Origin: Escherichia coli
Lineage (GTDB): Bacteria; Pseudomonadota; Gammaproteobacteria; Enterobacterales; Enterobacteriaceae
Direction: 5' to 3' (one strand)
Assembly (NCBI RefSeq): GCF_022846255.1
Contig: NZ_AP025682.1
Length of the DNA stretch: 64,000 bases
This document shows positions 54,940-64,000 of the stretch, one piece after another (within the stretch, counting starts at the first letter, position 1; each line of letters opens with the position of its first letter). A program made the position numbers and the translations under genes. The notes below the pieces were generated by a model. The model did no database searches and was not told the origin of the DNA. It saw nothing but the letters and a program-made list of their open reading frames with translations.

Positions 54940-56625
54940 GTGAATATAAACGTCGCCGAATTGTTAAATGGGAATTACATTCTGTTATTATTTGTGGTCC
55001 TCGCGCTTGGGCTATGTCTCGGGAAATTACGACTTGGTTCGATCCAACTGGGTAATTCCATTGGCGTTTTAGTCGTATCGCTGTTATTAGGCCAACAACA
55101 TTTCAGCATTAACACCGACGCGCTTAATCTTGGCTTTATGCTGTTTATTTTCTGCGTCGGGGTCGAAGCCGGACCGAACTTTTTTTCCATTTTTTTTCGC
55201 GATGGGAAAAATTACCTAATGTTAGCACTGGTGATGGTTGGCAGTGCGCTGGTGATCGCCTTAGGGTTAGGTAAGCTGTTTGGCTGGGATATTGGCCTGA
55301 CGGCCGGTATGTTAGCTGGCTCTATGACGTCGACACCGGTTCTGGTCGGTGCTGGCGATACACTGCGTCATTCCGGCATGGAAAGCAGGCAGCTCTCACT
55401 GGCACTGGATAATCTGAGCCTCGGGTATGCCTTAACCTATTTAATCGGTCTGGTGAGTTTGATTGTTGGTGCGCGTTACTTGCCGAAATTGCAGCATCAG
55501 GACTTACAGACCAGCGCCCAGCAAATCGCCCGCGAACGTGGCCTGGACACTGATGCCAACCGTAAGGTTTATTTACCGGTGATCCGCGCCTACCGCGTCG
55601 GCCCGGAGCTGGTGGCCTGGACCGACGGCAAAAATCTGCGTGAACTGGGTATTTATCGACAAACTGGCTGCTACATTGAACGTATTCGACGTAACGGGAT
55701 TCTGGCAAATCCAGACGGTGATGCTGTGCTACAAATGGGCGATGAAATAGCGTTGGTAGGCTATCCCGACGCCCACGCACGACTCGATCCCAGCTTCCGT
55801 AACGGCAAAGAAGTTTTCGATCGCGACCTTCTCGATATGCGTATCGTCACTGAAGAAGTGGTCGTTAAAAACCATAACGCTGTAGGTAAACGTCTCGCAC
55901 AACTGAAGTTGACCGATCACGGTTGCTTCCTTAACCGCGTCATTCGTAGCCAGATTGAGATGCCGATAGATGACAACGTCGTGCTTAACAAAGGTGACGT
56001 TTTACAAGTCAGCGGCGATGCCCGCCGCGTAAAAACCATCGCCGATCGCATCGGCTTTATCTCGATTCACAGCCAGGTCACTGACCTGCTGGCATTCTGC
56101 GCCTTCTTTGTTATTGGGCTGATGATCGGGATGATCACCTTCCAGTTCAGCACATTCAGTTTCGGCATGGGGAACGCTGCCGGGTTGTTATTCGCCGGAA
56201 TTATGCTGGGCTTTATGCGTGCTAACCACCCGACCTTCGGTTACATTCCGCAAGGTGCATTAAGCATGGTGAAAGAGTTCGGCTTGATGGTGTTTATGGC
56301 AGGCGTTGGTCTGAGCGCCGGTAGCGGTATTAATAACGGCCTGGGCGCGATTGGCGGTCAAATGTTGATTGCCGGATTGATTGTCAGTCTGGTGCCCGTG
56401 GTTATCTGTTTCTTGTTCGGTGCTTATGTATTGCGAATGAACCGCGCACTGTTGTTCGGCGCAATGATGGGCGCACGCACCTGCGCGCCGGCAATGGAGA
56501 TCATCAGTGATACAGCTCGCAGTAACATCCCGGCGCTGGGCTATGCGGGCACCTATGCAATCGCCAACGTCCTGCTGACGCTGGCAGGGACAATCATCGT
56601 CATGGTATGGCCAGGATTAGGATAA
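54940..56625 (+). CDS. ybjL: putative transport protein YbjL (AAE-family architecture with TrkA-C domains)
   Basis: 561-aa ORF with GTG start; [25 protein letters not shown]... Confidence 0.9.
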
Positions 56626-56668
56626 AACTGAAGTTGCCCTGAAAATGAAATTTTTTTGCACAACCGCA

Positions 56669-56695
56669 GAACTTTTCCGCAGGGCATCAGTCTTA
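56669..56695 (+). promoter_or_regulatory. sigmaE-type promoter of rybB (GAACTT -35, 16-bp spacer, TCTTA -10)
   Basis: motifs read directly, immediately upstream of the RybB 5' end; RybB recalled as a sigmaE-regulon sRNA. Confidence 0.6.
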
Positions 56696-56701
56696 ATTAG
56701 T

Positions 56702-56780
56702 GCCACTGCTTTTCTTTGATGTCCCCATTTTGTGGAGCCCATCAACCCCGCCATTTCGGTTCAAGGTTGATGGGTTTTTT
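56702..56780 (+). ncRNA. rybB: Hfq-dependent sRNA RybB
   Basis: GCCACTGCTTTTCTTTGATGTCCCCATTTTGTGGAGCCCATCAACCCCGCCATTTCGGTTCAAGGTTGATGGGTTTTTT matches the recalled RybB sequence, including seed and terminator hairpin; lies between ybjL and rcdA as in K-12. Confidence 0.85.
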
Positions 56781-56799
56781 GTTGCCTGAAATTTATCTA

Positions 56800-57336
56800 C
56801 TACCCAGCAATCCTCTCAACCATCCTCAAAATCTCCTCGCGTGATAGCGGCTTACGGTCGGTGACAAAATGCAGCGTCATCCCCTCAATAAACGCATCAA
56901 GCGCGCGGGCGGTTCCGGGTTCAAACCATTGTTCGAGCGTTTGCTGACTGCGCTGCATCCAGTTTTGCATTACCGTTTTTAATAGCGGTTTTCGGCTAGC
57001 CAGCGCGTAGAGCTGGTACATCAGCTCCATGTTATCCGGCGTTGCAACCTGTGAGCTGTAAATCATATCGGTGATAGCCTGGCATGCGCCCGGAGCATCA
57101 CTAACATCGCTAAAAAATGCCTGATATTGCCGGGACATGATCTCAGTAAAACGGCTGAACGCCTCCAGCAACAACTCATCTATTCCTGAAAAGTAGTAGG
57201 TCATCGATCCCAACGGTACCCCGGCAAGGGTAGCAATTTTGCGGTGTGTAACAGCATGTATTCCATAAAGTTTCACCGCCTCCAGCGTGGCCTGGATAAT
57301 TTTTTCTCGCCGTTGCGGATCGTTAGCGCGACGCAT
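56800..57336 (-). CDS. rcdA: TetR-family transcriptional regulator RcdA (YbjK)
   Basis: ORF trimmed to [35 protein letters not shown]... (178 aa). Confidence 0.9.
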   Translation of the reverse strand: MRRANDPQRREKIIQATLEAVKLYGIHAVTHRKIATLAGVPLGSMTYYFSGIDELLLEAFSRFTEIMSRQYQAFFSDVSDAPGACQAITDMIYSSQVATPDNMELMYQLYALASRKPLLKTVMQNWMQRSQQTLEQWFEPGTARALDAFIEGMTLHFVTDRKPLSREEILRMVERIAG

Positions 57337-57419
57337 GTCATTTCCTCTCTCTGCAATTGTGTACAAATGTACACAACCTTGCTAATGTTGTCTTCCCTCT
57401 TCTTATTTTGACGTGATCT

Positions 57420-58628
57420 ATGACCGTAAATTCTTCACGTAATGCATTGAAACGCCGAACCTGGGCGCTGTTTATGTTCTTCTTTTTGCCGGGCCTGTTA
57501 ATGGCGTCCTGGGCAACCCGTACGCCTGCTATCCGCGATATTCTTTCTGTCTCGATCGCTGAAATGGGTGGAGTCCTCTTTGGTCTGTCGATCGGTTCAA
57601 TGAGCGGTATTCTCTGCTCGGCGTGGTTAGTGAAACGCTTTGGGACGCGTAATGTCATCCTTGTGACGATGTCCTGCGCATTGATTGGGATGATGATACT
57701 AAGTCTGGCACTCTGGCTGACATCGCCCCTGCTCTTCGCGGTTGGTCTCGGCGTCTTTGGGGCAAGTTTTGGTTCTGCGGAAGTGGCGATAAACGTTGAA
57801 GGTGCTGCCGTTGAGCGAGAAATGAATAAGACGGTTTTGCCGATGATGCACGGTTTTTATAGCCTGGGCACGCTGGCAGGCGCTGGTGTCGGGATGGCAC
57901 TGACGGCCTTTGGCGTTCCGGCAACGGTGCACATTTTATTGGCGGCGCTGGTAGGCATCGCGCCTATTTATATCGCCATTCAGGCAATCCCTGACGGTAC
58001 GGGCAAAAATGCTGCCGATGGCACCCAGCATGGCGAAAAAGGCGTTCCTTTTTATCGCGATATCCAGTTGCTGTTGATTGGTGTTGTAGTGCTGGCGATG
58101 GCCTTTGCCGAAGGTTCTGCCAACGACTGGTTACCCTTATTAATGGTTGATGGTCACGGTTTTAGCCCTACTTCCGGCTCGCTGATTTATGCCGGTTTTA
58201 CCCTGGGGATGACCGTTGGACGCTTTACCGGCGGTTGGTTCATTGACCGTTACAGTCGCGTTGCCGTGGTTCGGGCCAGTGCACTAATGGGGGCGTTGGG
58301 TATTGGGCTGATTATTTTTGTCGATAGCGCCTGGGTTGCTGGGGTGTCTGTTGTACTTTGGGGACTGGGTGCCTCGCTGGGCTTCCCGCTGACCATTTCT
58401 GCCGCCAGCGATACCGGCCCCGATGCACCAACCCGCGTCAGTGTGGTAGCAACGACCGGTTATCTGGCTTTCCTCGTCGGGCCGCCGCTGCTGGGCTATC
58501 TCGGCGAACATTATGGATTACGTAGTGCAATGCTGGTTGTACTGGCGCTGGTTATTCTCGCGGCTATTGTCGCGAAAGCCGTCGCCAAACCCGATACCAA
58601 AACGCAGACGGCGATGGAGAATAGTTGA
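57420..58628 (+). CDS. ybjJ: MFS transporter YbjJ
   Basis: 402-aa ORF with about 12 predicted TM segments. Confidence 0.88.
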
Positions 58629-59443
58629 TGAGCATTAAATTAATTGCGGTAGACATGGATGGTACTTTCTTAAGCGATCAAAAAACCTATAACCGTGAGC
58701 GGTTTATGGCTCAGTATCAGCAAATGAAAGCACAAGGCATTCGCTTTGTGGTCGCCAGCGGGAATCAATATTATCAGTTGATCTCTTTCTTTCCTGAAAT
58801 TGCTAATGAAATTGCCTTTGTGGCTGAAAACGGCGGCTGGGTAGTGAGCGAAGGCAAAGATGTTTTTAATGGCGAGCTGTCGAAGGATGCGTTTACTACT
58901 GTCGTGGAACATTTGCTGACGCGCCCGGAAGTGGAAATTATTGCCTGCGGAAAAAATAGCGCCTATACACTCAAAAAATATGACGATGCCATGAAAACGG
59001 TGGCGGAAATGTATTATCACCGTCTGGAATACGTCGATAACTTTGACAACTTAGAAGATATCTTCTTTAAGTTTGGTCTGAATCTTTCCGATGAACTGAT
59101 TCCACAAGTACAAAAAGCATTACATGAGGCCATCGGCGATATTATGGTGCCGGTCCACACCGGCAACGGCAGCATCGATCTGATTATCCCCGGCGTACAT
59201 AAAGCCAATGGCCTTCGCCAACTGCAGAAATTATGGGGAATAGACGACAGCGAAGTGGTGGTCTTTGGCGATGGCGGTAACGATATTGAGATGCTGCGTC
59301 AGGCAGGCTTTAGTTTTGCAATGGAAAATGCCGGCAGCGCGGTCGTCGCAGCGGCAAAATACCGGGCAGGCTCCAATAACCGTGAAGGCGTACTGGATGT
59401 GATCGATAAAGTGCTTAAACACGAAGCGCCATTTAACCAATAA
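58628..59443 (+). CDS. ybjI: HAD-family phosphatase YbjI (Cof-like)
   Basis: ORF trimmed to [17 protein letters not shown]... (DxDGT HAD motif). Confidence 0.9.
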   Translation: MSIKLIAVDMDGTFLSDQKTYNRERFMAQYQQMKAQGIRFVVASGNQYYQLISFFPEIANEIAFVAENGGWVVSEGKDVFNGELSKDAFTTVVEHLLTRPEVEIIACGKNSAYTLKKYDDAMKTVAEMYYHRLEYVDNFDNLEDIFFKFGLNLSDELIPQVQKALHEAIGDIMVPVHTGNGSIDLIIPGVHKANGLRQLQKLWGIDDSEVVVFGDGGNDIEMLRQAGFSFAMENAGSAVVAAAKYRAGSNNREGVLDVIDKVLKHEAPFNQ

Positions 59444-59533
59444 AACGGCAGCACGCCCGGCAACACAATGCCTGAATGAAGATTGCATAATTCGCGGAAA
59501 TTAACCCGCTGCATTATTTCAGGCGAAATGATT

Positions 59534-59812
59534 ATGAAAAATTGTCTACTGTTGGGCGCGCTTTTAATGGGCTTTACTGGTGTGGCGATGGCGCAAAGTG
59601 TCACCGTCGATGTGCCGAGTGGATACAAAGTGGTTGTGGTTCCTGATTCAGTCAGCGTTCCACAAGCGGTCAGCGTCGCGACTGTGCCGCAAACCGTCTA
59701 TGTGGCTCCTGCACCAGCTCCGGCTTACCGCCCGCATCCTTATGTTCGCCATCTTGCCAGCGTAGGTGAAGGGATGGTTATCGAACACCAGATTGACGAC
59801 CATCACCATTAA
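59534..59812 (+). CDS. ybjH: small secreted protein YbjH
   Basis: ORF trimmed to MKNCLLLGALLMGFTGVAMA... (signal peptide). Confidence 0.8.
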   Translation: MKNCLLLGALLMGFTGVAMAQSVTVDVPSGYKVVVVPDSVSVPQAVSVATVPQTVYVAPAPAPAYRPHPYVRHLASVGEGMVIEHQIDDHHH

Positions 59813-59819
59813 TTCGAGA

Positions 59820-59855
59820 ATGCCTGATCGCACAAAGCAATCAGGCATTTTTTTA
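59820..59855. terminator. bidirectional terminator between convergent ybjH and mdfA
   Basis: hairpin ATGCCTGAT-(loop)-ATCAGGCAT followed by a T7 tract. Confidence 0.55.
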
Positions 59856-61085
59856 CCCTTCGTGAGAATTTCCCATCTGTTTATCTTTTAAAAAGATAAC
59901 CATCAGCGACAGCCACAAAATGCCGTTGACAAGGTTGAAGAGATTAAACAGTCCGTTGCCCCCGTTCAGCCAGGCATGTTTGCTGATTTCAATACCGACG
60001 GTAAAGATCAGCATTTGCAGCATCCCCATCGCCGCAGAAACCGTACCTTTACTCATATCGCTGGCAAACAGGGTTAATCGCACCAGTCCCGCATTCGCCA
60101 GACCAATACCGAAAGCATAAATACTTAACCCGGCGGTCATCCATAAATACGCGTGCGATGAGATAACCGTTGCCGCAGCAGCGACCAACAGACCAATCAT
60201 AATCGGCCAGCCGCCCATAATAATCAGCGAACGTACGGTGCGGCGCGAGGTCAGACGCGCTAACAGCAAGTTACCCGCAATTAACGCCCCAAAAATAGGC
60301 ACTTGCAGCAAGCCATATTCATAGCTGCTCAACTGCTCACCGGTAATAATGATAATCGGCGACTGGGCGATCCACGCCAACAACGGCAGGCTAACGAATC
60401 CCAGCGCCAGCGCCCCCGCCACAAAGCGGCCGTTCTTCAGCACCAGCTTATAGTCACGACCGAGTTCTTTCAGCGACAGTTTCTCGCCTATACGCGTGGC
60501 GGTTTCAGGCATAGCTCGTTGCAGACCGAAAAAGGAGATCGCTGCCAATGCGGCAAACAAGACAAACATCCCTTCCCAGGGCAGCACATGGATCCACGCC
60601 GCGCCCACCAGCGGACCAAGTAGTGGAGCAATCAGCGCCACGTTCGCCATTAGCGCGGTGATCTTGATACAAACGGCCTCTTCGAAGGATTCCTGAATTG
60701 CGGCGTATCCCACAGCGCCAATGAAGCAGAGGCTTATGCCCTGCAAGAAGCGCAACAGGGTGAATTGTTCAATGTTTTGCGCCAGTAATATTGCCAGACA
60801 GGTGACGATAAACCACACCACTCCCGCCAACATCACCGGACGGCGGCCAATACGATCCGACAACGGCCCCAGGAGCCATTGTAAAAACATCCCGCCCGCC
60901 AGATACGCAGTCATCGAAGTAGGAACCCAATCAATGCCCGCCTGATATTGTTCCACCACGACCAACATACCGGGTTGAATCATATCGTTGCCGATATAGG
61001 TTGAAAATTCGTAAAGCACCAGACAGAGAGGGAAAAGTAACGCCTGACGTCCAAGCCTGGCACCGGAAGCTAATTTATTTTGCAT
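59853..61085 (-). CDS. mdfA: MFS multidrug efflux transporter MdfA (Cmr)
   Basis: ORF trimmed to [40 protein letters not shown]... (410 aa). Confidence 0.95.
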   Translation of the reverse strand: MQNKLASGARLGRQALLFPLCLVLYEFSTYIGNDMIQPGMLVVVEQYQAGIDWVPTSMTAYLAGGMFLQWLLGPLSDRIGRRPVMLAGVVWFIVTCLAILLAQNIEQFTLLRFLQGISLCFIGAVGYAAIQESFEEAVCIKITALMANVALIAPLLGPLVGAAWIHVLPWEGMFVLFAALAAISFFGLQRAMPETATRIGEKLSLKELGRDYKLVLKNGRFVAGALALGFVSLPLLAWIAQSPIIIITGEQLSSYEYGLLQVPIFGALIAGNLLLARLTSRRTVRSLIIMGGWPIMIGLLVAAAATVISSHAYLWMTAGLSIYAFGIGLANAGLVRLTLFASDMSKGTVSAAMGMLQMLIFTVGIEISKHAWLNGGNGLFNLFNLVNGILWLSLMVIFLKDKQMGNSHEG

Positions 61086-61369
61086 GCAATTTCTTCGCCA
61101 ATAATAATCGCGCAAAGTTTAATAAAAGCGCAGCTAACGAGAAAGCGAATTTTGTAGCTGAAACCACGGTTAAGCACATTCTTACATTATTGCGAGTATA
61201 GCTACGCTTTCTTTAAGTTTTATTTAACCTTTGCCCGTTACAATCACCTACCGTAAACAGGGCGCTTGAGGGAAATAAGACGATGCCGCTTTACCCAGTT
61301 TAACCTGCACTTTATTCTCAACGACTTGCCTGTATTGGCTCCCTTTTAATCACTTTGCGTCGGGAAGTT

Positions 61370-61966
61370 ATGCTGGAAAATTTGAATCTCTCTCTATTCT
61401 CTCTTATTAACGCAACGCCAGACTCTGCGCCGTGGATGATCTCGTTGGCGATTTTTATTGCTAAAGATTTGATTACCGTGGTGCCGTTGCTGGCCGCAGT
61501 ACTTTGGTTGTGGGGGCTTACAGCACAACGGCAACTGGTGATAAAAATCGCTATCGCGCTGGCGGTCAGCCTGTTTGTGTCCTGGACGATGGGACATCTT
61601 TTTCCGCACGACCGACCCTTTGTCGAAAATATCGGCTATAACTTCCTGCATCATGCGGCGGATGACTCATTCCCGAGCGATCACGGTACGGTGATTTTCA
61701 CCTTTGCACTGGCATTTTTATGCTGGCATCGCCTGTGGTCCGGCTCACTTTTAATGGTGCTGGCCGTCGTCATTGCCTGGTCGCGCGTTTATCTTGGCGT
61801 CCACTGGCCGCTGGATATGCTCGGTGGATTGCTGGCAGGTATGATTGGCTGCCTTAGCGCCCAGATTATCTGGCAAGCGATGGGGCATAAACTCTATCAA
61901 CGTCTGCAATCGTGGTATCGCTTCTGTTTTGCATTACCGATCCGCAAAGGCTGGGTGCGTGACTGA
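61370..61966 (+). CDS. ybjG: undecaprenyl-diphosphate phosphatase YbjG (PAP2 family)
   Basis: ORF trimmed to MLENLNLSLFSLINATPDSAPWM...; PAP2 motifs (PSDHG, SRVYLGVHWPLD). Confidence 0.9.
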   Translation: MLENLNLSLFSLINATPDSAPWMISLAIFIAKDLITVVPLLAAVLWLWGLTAQRQLVIKIAIALAVSLFVSWTMGHLFPHDRPFVENIGYNFLHHAADDSFPSDHGTVIFTFALAFLCWHRLWSGSLLMVLAVVIAWSRVYLGVHWPLDMLGGLLAGMIGCLSAQIIWQAMGHKLYQRLQSWYRFCFALPIRKGWVRD

Positions 61967-62023
61967 TCTCTGCTAAAAAGTGTAGTATTGAGCGGCTCGC
62001 TTCAATAACTATTCAGAGGGATT

Positions 62024-62782
62024 ATGGAAACACGTCGCGAAGAGCGTATCGGGCAGCTGCTGCAAGAATTAAAACGCAGTGATAAGTTACATCTTAAAGA
62101 CGCCGCCGCCCTGCTTGGGGTTTCGGAGATGACGATTCGTCGCGATCTGAACAACCACAGTGCGCCCGTCGTTTTGCTCGGCGGCTATATTGTTCTGGAA
62201 CCACGCAGCGCCAGCCATTACCTGTTAAGCGATCAAAAATCCCGCCTGGTGGAAGAAAAACGCCGGGCGGCAAAACTGGCTGCGACGCTGGTAGAACCCG
62301 ATCAGACCCTCTTTTTTGACTGTGGCACCACCACGCCGTGGATTATTGAAGCAATTGATAATGAAATCCCTTTTACCGCCGTTTGTTATTCGCTAAATAC
62401 CTTTCTGGCGCTGAAAGAGAAACCCCATTGCCGCGCGTTTCTTTGCGGTGGTGAATTTCACGCCAGCAACGCCATTTTCAAACCCATCGATTTTCAGCAA
62501 ACGCTGAATAATTTTTGCCCGGATATCGCTTTTTATTCCGCTGCGGGCGTGCATGTCAGTAAAGGCGCTACCTGCTTTAATCTTGAAGAGTTGCCGGTAA
62601 AACACTGGGCCATGTCGATGGCGCAAAAGCATGTGCTGGTTGTCGACCACAGTAAATTTGGCAAGGTGCGTCCGGCGCGCATGGGTGACCTGAAACGCTT
62701 TGATATTGTTGTGAGCGATTGTTGCCCGGAAGATGAGTATGTGAAGTACGCGCAGACGCAGCGTATTAAGTTGATGTATTAA
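62024..62782 (+). CDS. deoR: deoxyribose operon repressor DeoR
   Basis: 252-aa ORF METRREERIGQLLQELKRSDKLHLKDAAALLGVSEMTIRRDL... (HTH plus sugar-binding domain). Confidence 0.95.
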   Translation: METRREERIGQLLQELKRSDKLHLKDAAALLGVSEMTIRRDLNNHSAPVVLLGGYIVLEPRSASHYLLSDQKSRLVEEKRRAAKLAATLVEPDQTLFFDCGTTTPWIIEAIDNEIPFTAVCYSLNTFLALKEKPHCRAFLCGGEFHASNAIFKPIDFQQTLNNFCPDIAFYSAAGVHVSKGATCFNLEELPVKHWAMSMAQKHVLVVDHSKFGKVRPARMGDLKRFDIVVSDCCPEDEYVKYAQTQRIKLMY

Positions 62783-62788
62783 TGACGT

Positions 62789-62823
62789 ATAACCGGATGA
62801 CGTTTCGCGCCATCCGGTTATCA
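62789..62823. other. intergenic hairpin (REP-like palindrome) between convergent deoR and dacC
   Basis: AACCGGATG-(loop)-CATCCGGTT; no clear T-tract on either strand. Confidence 0.3.
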
Positions 62824-62828
62824 GAAGA

Positions 62829-64000
62829 TTAAGAGAACCAGCTGCCGAACCACTGATGGAATTTCATCATCACGAAATCCCACATCCGACCAAAGAATCC
62901 GCCCTCTTCCACATTTTCCATCACGATCAGCGGACGCTGCTCAATGGATTTACCGTTAAGCTGGAAATCAATGGTGCCGACAACCTGACCTTTTTTCAGC
63001 GGTGCGGTAAGCTGCGGTTCCATTAACGTATAACTCGCCTTCAGGTTTTTCAGCTGCCCACGCGGTATGGTCACTGAGCCCGCTTCGCCTGCCCCGAGAT
63101 TCACTTCGCTCTTATCACCAAACCAGACGCGCTGAGTCACAAATGTGGCATCAGGTTTAATTGGCGTCACGGTTTCAAAGAAGCGGAAACCCCAGGTCAA
63201 TAATTTCTCAGACTCATTAAAACGGATACGGTCAGTTTTCGCCCCCAGCACTACGGAGATTAAACGCATATCGCCCTGGGTAGCCGAAGCAACCAGATTA
63301 TATCCCGCGCCTGCCGTGGTTCCTGTCTTCATGCCATCAACATTCAGATTGCTGCTCCACAGCAGACGATTACGGTTAGGCTGACGAATTTTGTTGAAGG
63401 TGAACTCTTTCTCTTTATGAATGGCGTACTCTTCCGGCACATCGTGGATCAATGCTTTACCCAGCAATGCCATATCGCGCGCGGTACTGAACTGCCCCGG
63501 CGCATCCAGGCCGTGCACCGTCTGGAAGGTAGTGTTGGTCAGACCCAGTTTTTTGGCATAACCATTCATCAAACCAATAAATGACTCCTGGCTCCCGGCA
63601 ACGTAATCAGCCAGCGCAATACAGGCGTCATTACCGGACTGGATAATCACACCTTTGTTCAAGTCTGCCACCGAAACCTGATCGCCCGGTTTGAGGAACA
63701 TTACCGATGAACCACGCAGTGCCGGATTTCCCGTCGCCCAGGCATCTTTACCGACCGTCACCATATCGGTGAGTTTAATCTTATCGGCCTTAAGCGCCTG
63801 CCCAACCACATAGCTGGTCATGATTTTAGTCAGGCTCGCGGGATCCAGTTTCTCATCCGCATTGCCTTCTGCCAGCACTTTACCGCTGGCGTAATCCATT
63901 AAAATCCATGCACGCGCATCCACGCTCGGCGCTTCAACGGTTTGTTCCGCCGCGAATGCCGTTGGGGCAAAAAGGAATAAAAATGCAGAACCCGCTGCAA
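62829..64000 (-). CDS. dacC: D-alanyl-D-alanine carboxypeptidase DacC (PBP6); 5' end runs past the window edge
   Basis: C-terminal portion through the stop at 62829; in-frame minus-strand reading continues to position 64000 and encodes ...[24 protein letters not shown]..., a signal-peptide region; the start codon is outside the window. Confidence 0.9.
   Translation of the reverse strand, partial: AAGSAFLFLFAPTAFAAEQTVEAPSVDARAWILMDYASGKVLAEGNADEKLDPASLTKIMTSYVVGQALKADKIKLTDMVTVGKDAWATGNPALRGSSVMFLKPGDQVSVADLNKGVIIQSGNDACIALADYVAGSQESFIGLMNGYAKKLGLTNTTFQTVHGLDAPGQFSTARDMALLGKALIHDVPEEYAIHKEKEFTFNKIRQPNRNRLLWSSNLNVDGMKTGTTAGAGYNLVASATQGDMRLISVVLGAKTDRIRFNESEKLLTWGFRFFETVTPIKPDATFVTQRVWFGDKSEVNLGAGEAGSVTIPRGQLKNLKASYTLMEPQLTAPLKKGQVVGTIDFQLNGKSIEQRPLIVMENVEEGGFFGRMWDFVMMKFHQWFGSWFS

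Overview
The window reads as an Escherichia coli-type chromosomal segment, collinear from memory with the K-12 cydC-aat-infA ... clpA-macAB ... art ... pot ... mdfA-deoR-dacC region (no search was run; gene names come from recognising the translated ORFs). Most of it (about 19.5-64 kb) is ordinary core genes. The accessory part is 3.1-19.5 kb, between infA and clpA: CRISPR array 1 (18 repeats), tRNA-Ser, a four-gene chaperone-usher fimbrial operon, a complete type I-F cas operon (cas1, cas2-3, cas8f/csy1, cas5f/csy2, cas7f/csy3, cas6f/csy4), and CRISPR array 2 (15 repeats). Both arrays are transcribed on the minus strand, as are the cas genes. I did not find a system I would call undescribed: type I-F CRISPR-Cas is well known. 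The points most worth a second look are the fimbrial operon wedged between tRNA-Ser and cas6f, a vestigial inverted pair of repeat-like sequences in the 327-bp cas3-csy1 gap, a duplicated spacer unit, and a GC-rich hairpin-dense element between aqpZ and lysO. The sRNA RybB with a sigmaE-type promoter is also present. Gene starts were trimmed from the ORF track where the known N-terminus and an RBS supported it; all calls are unverified by search.
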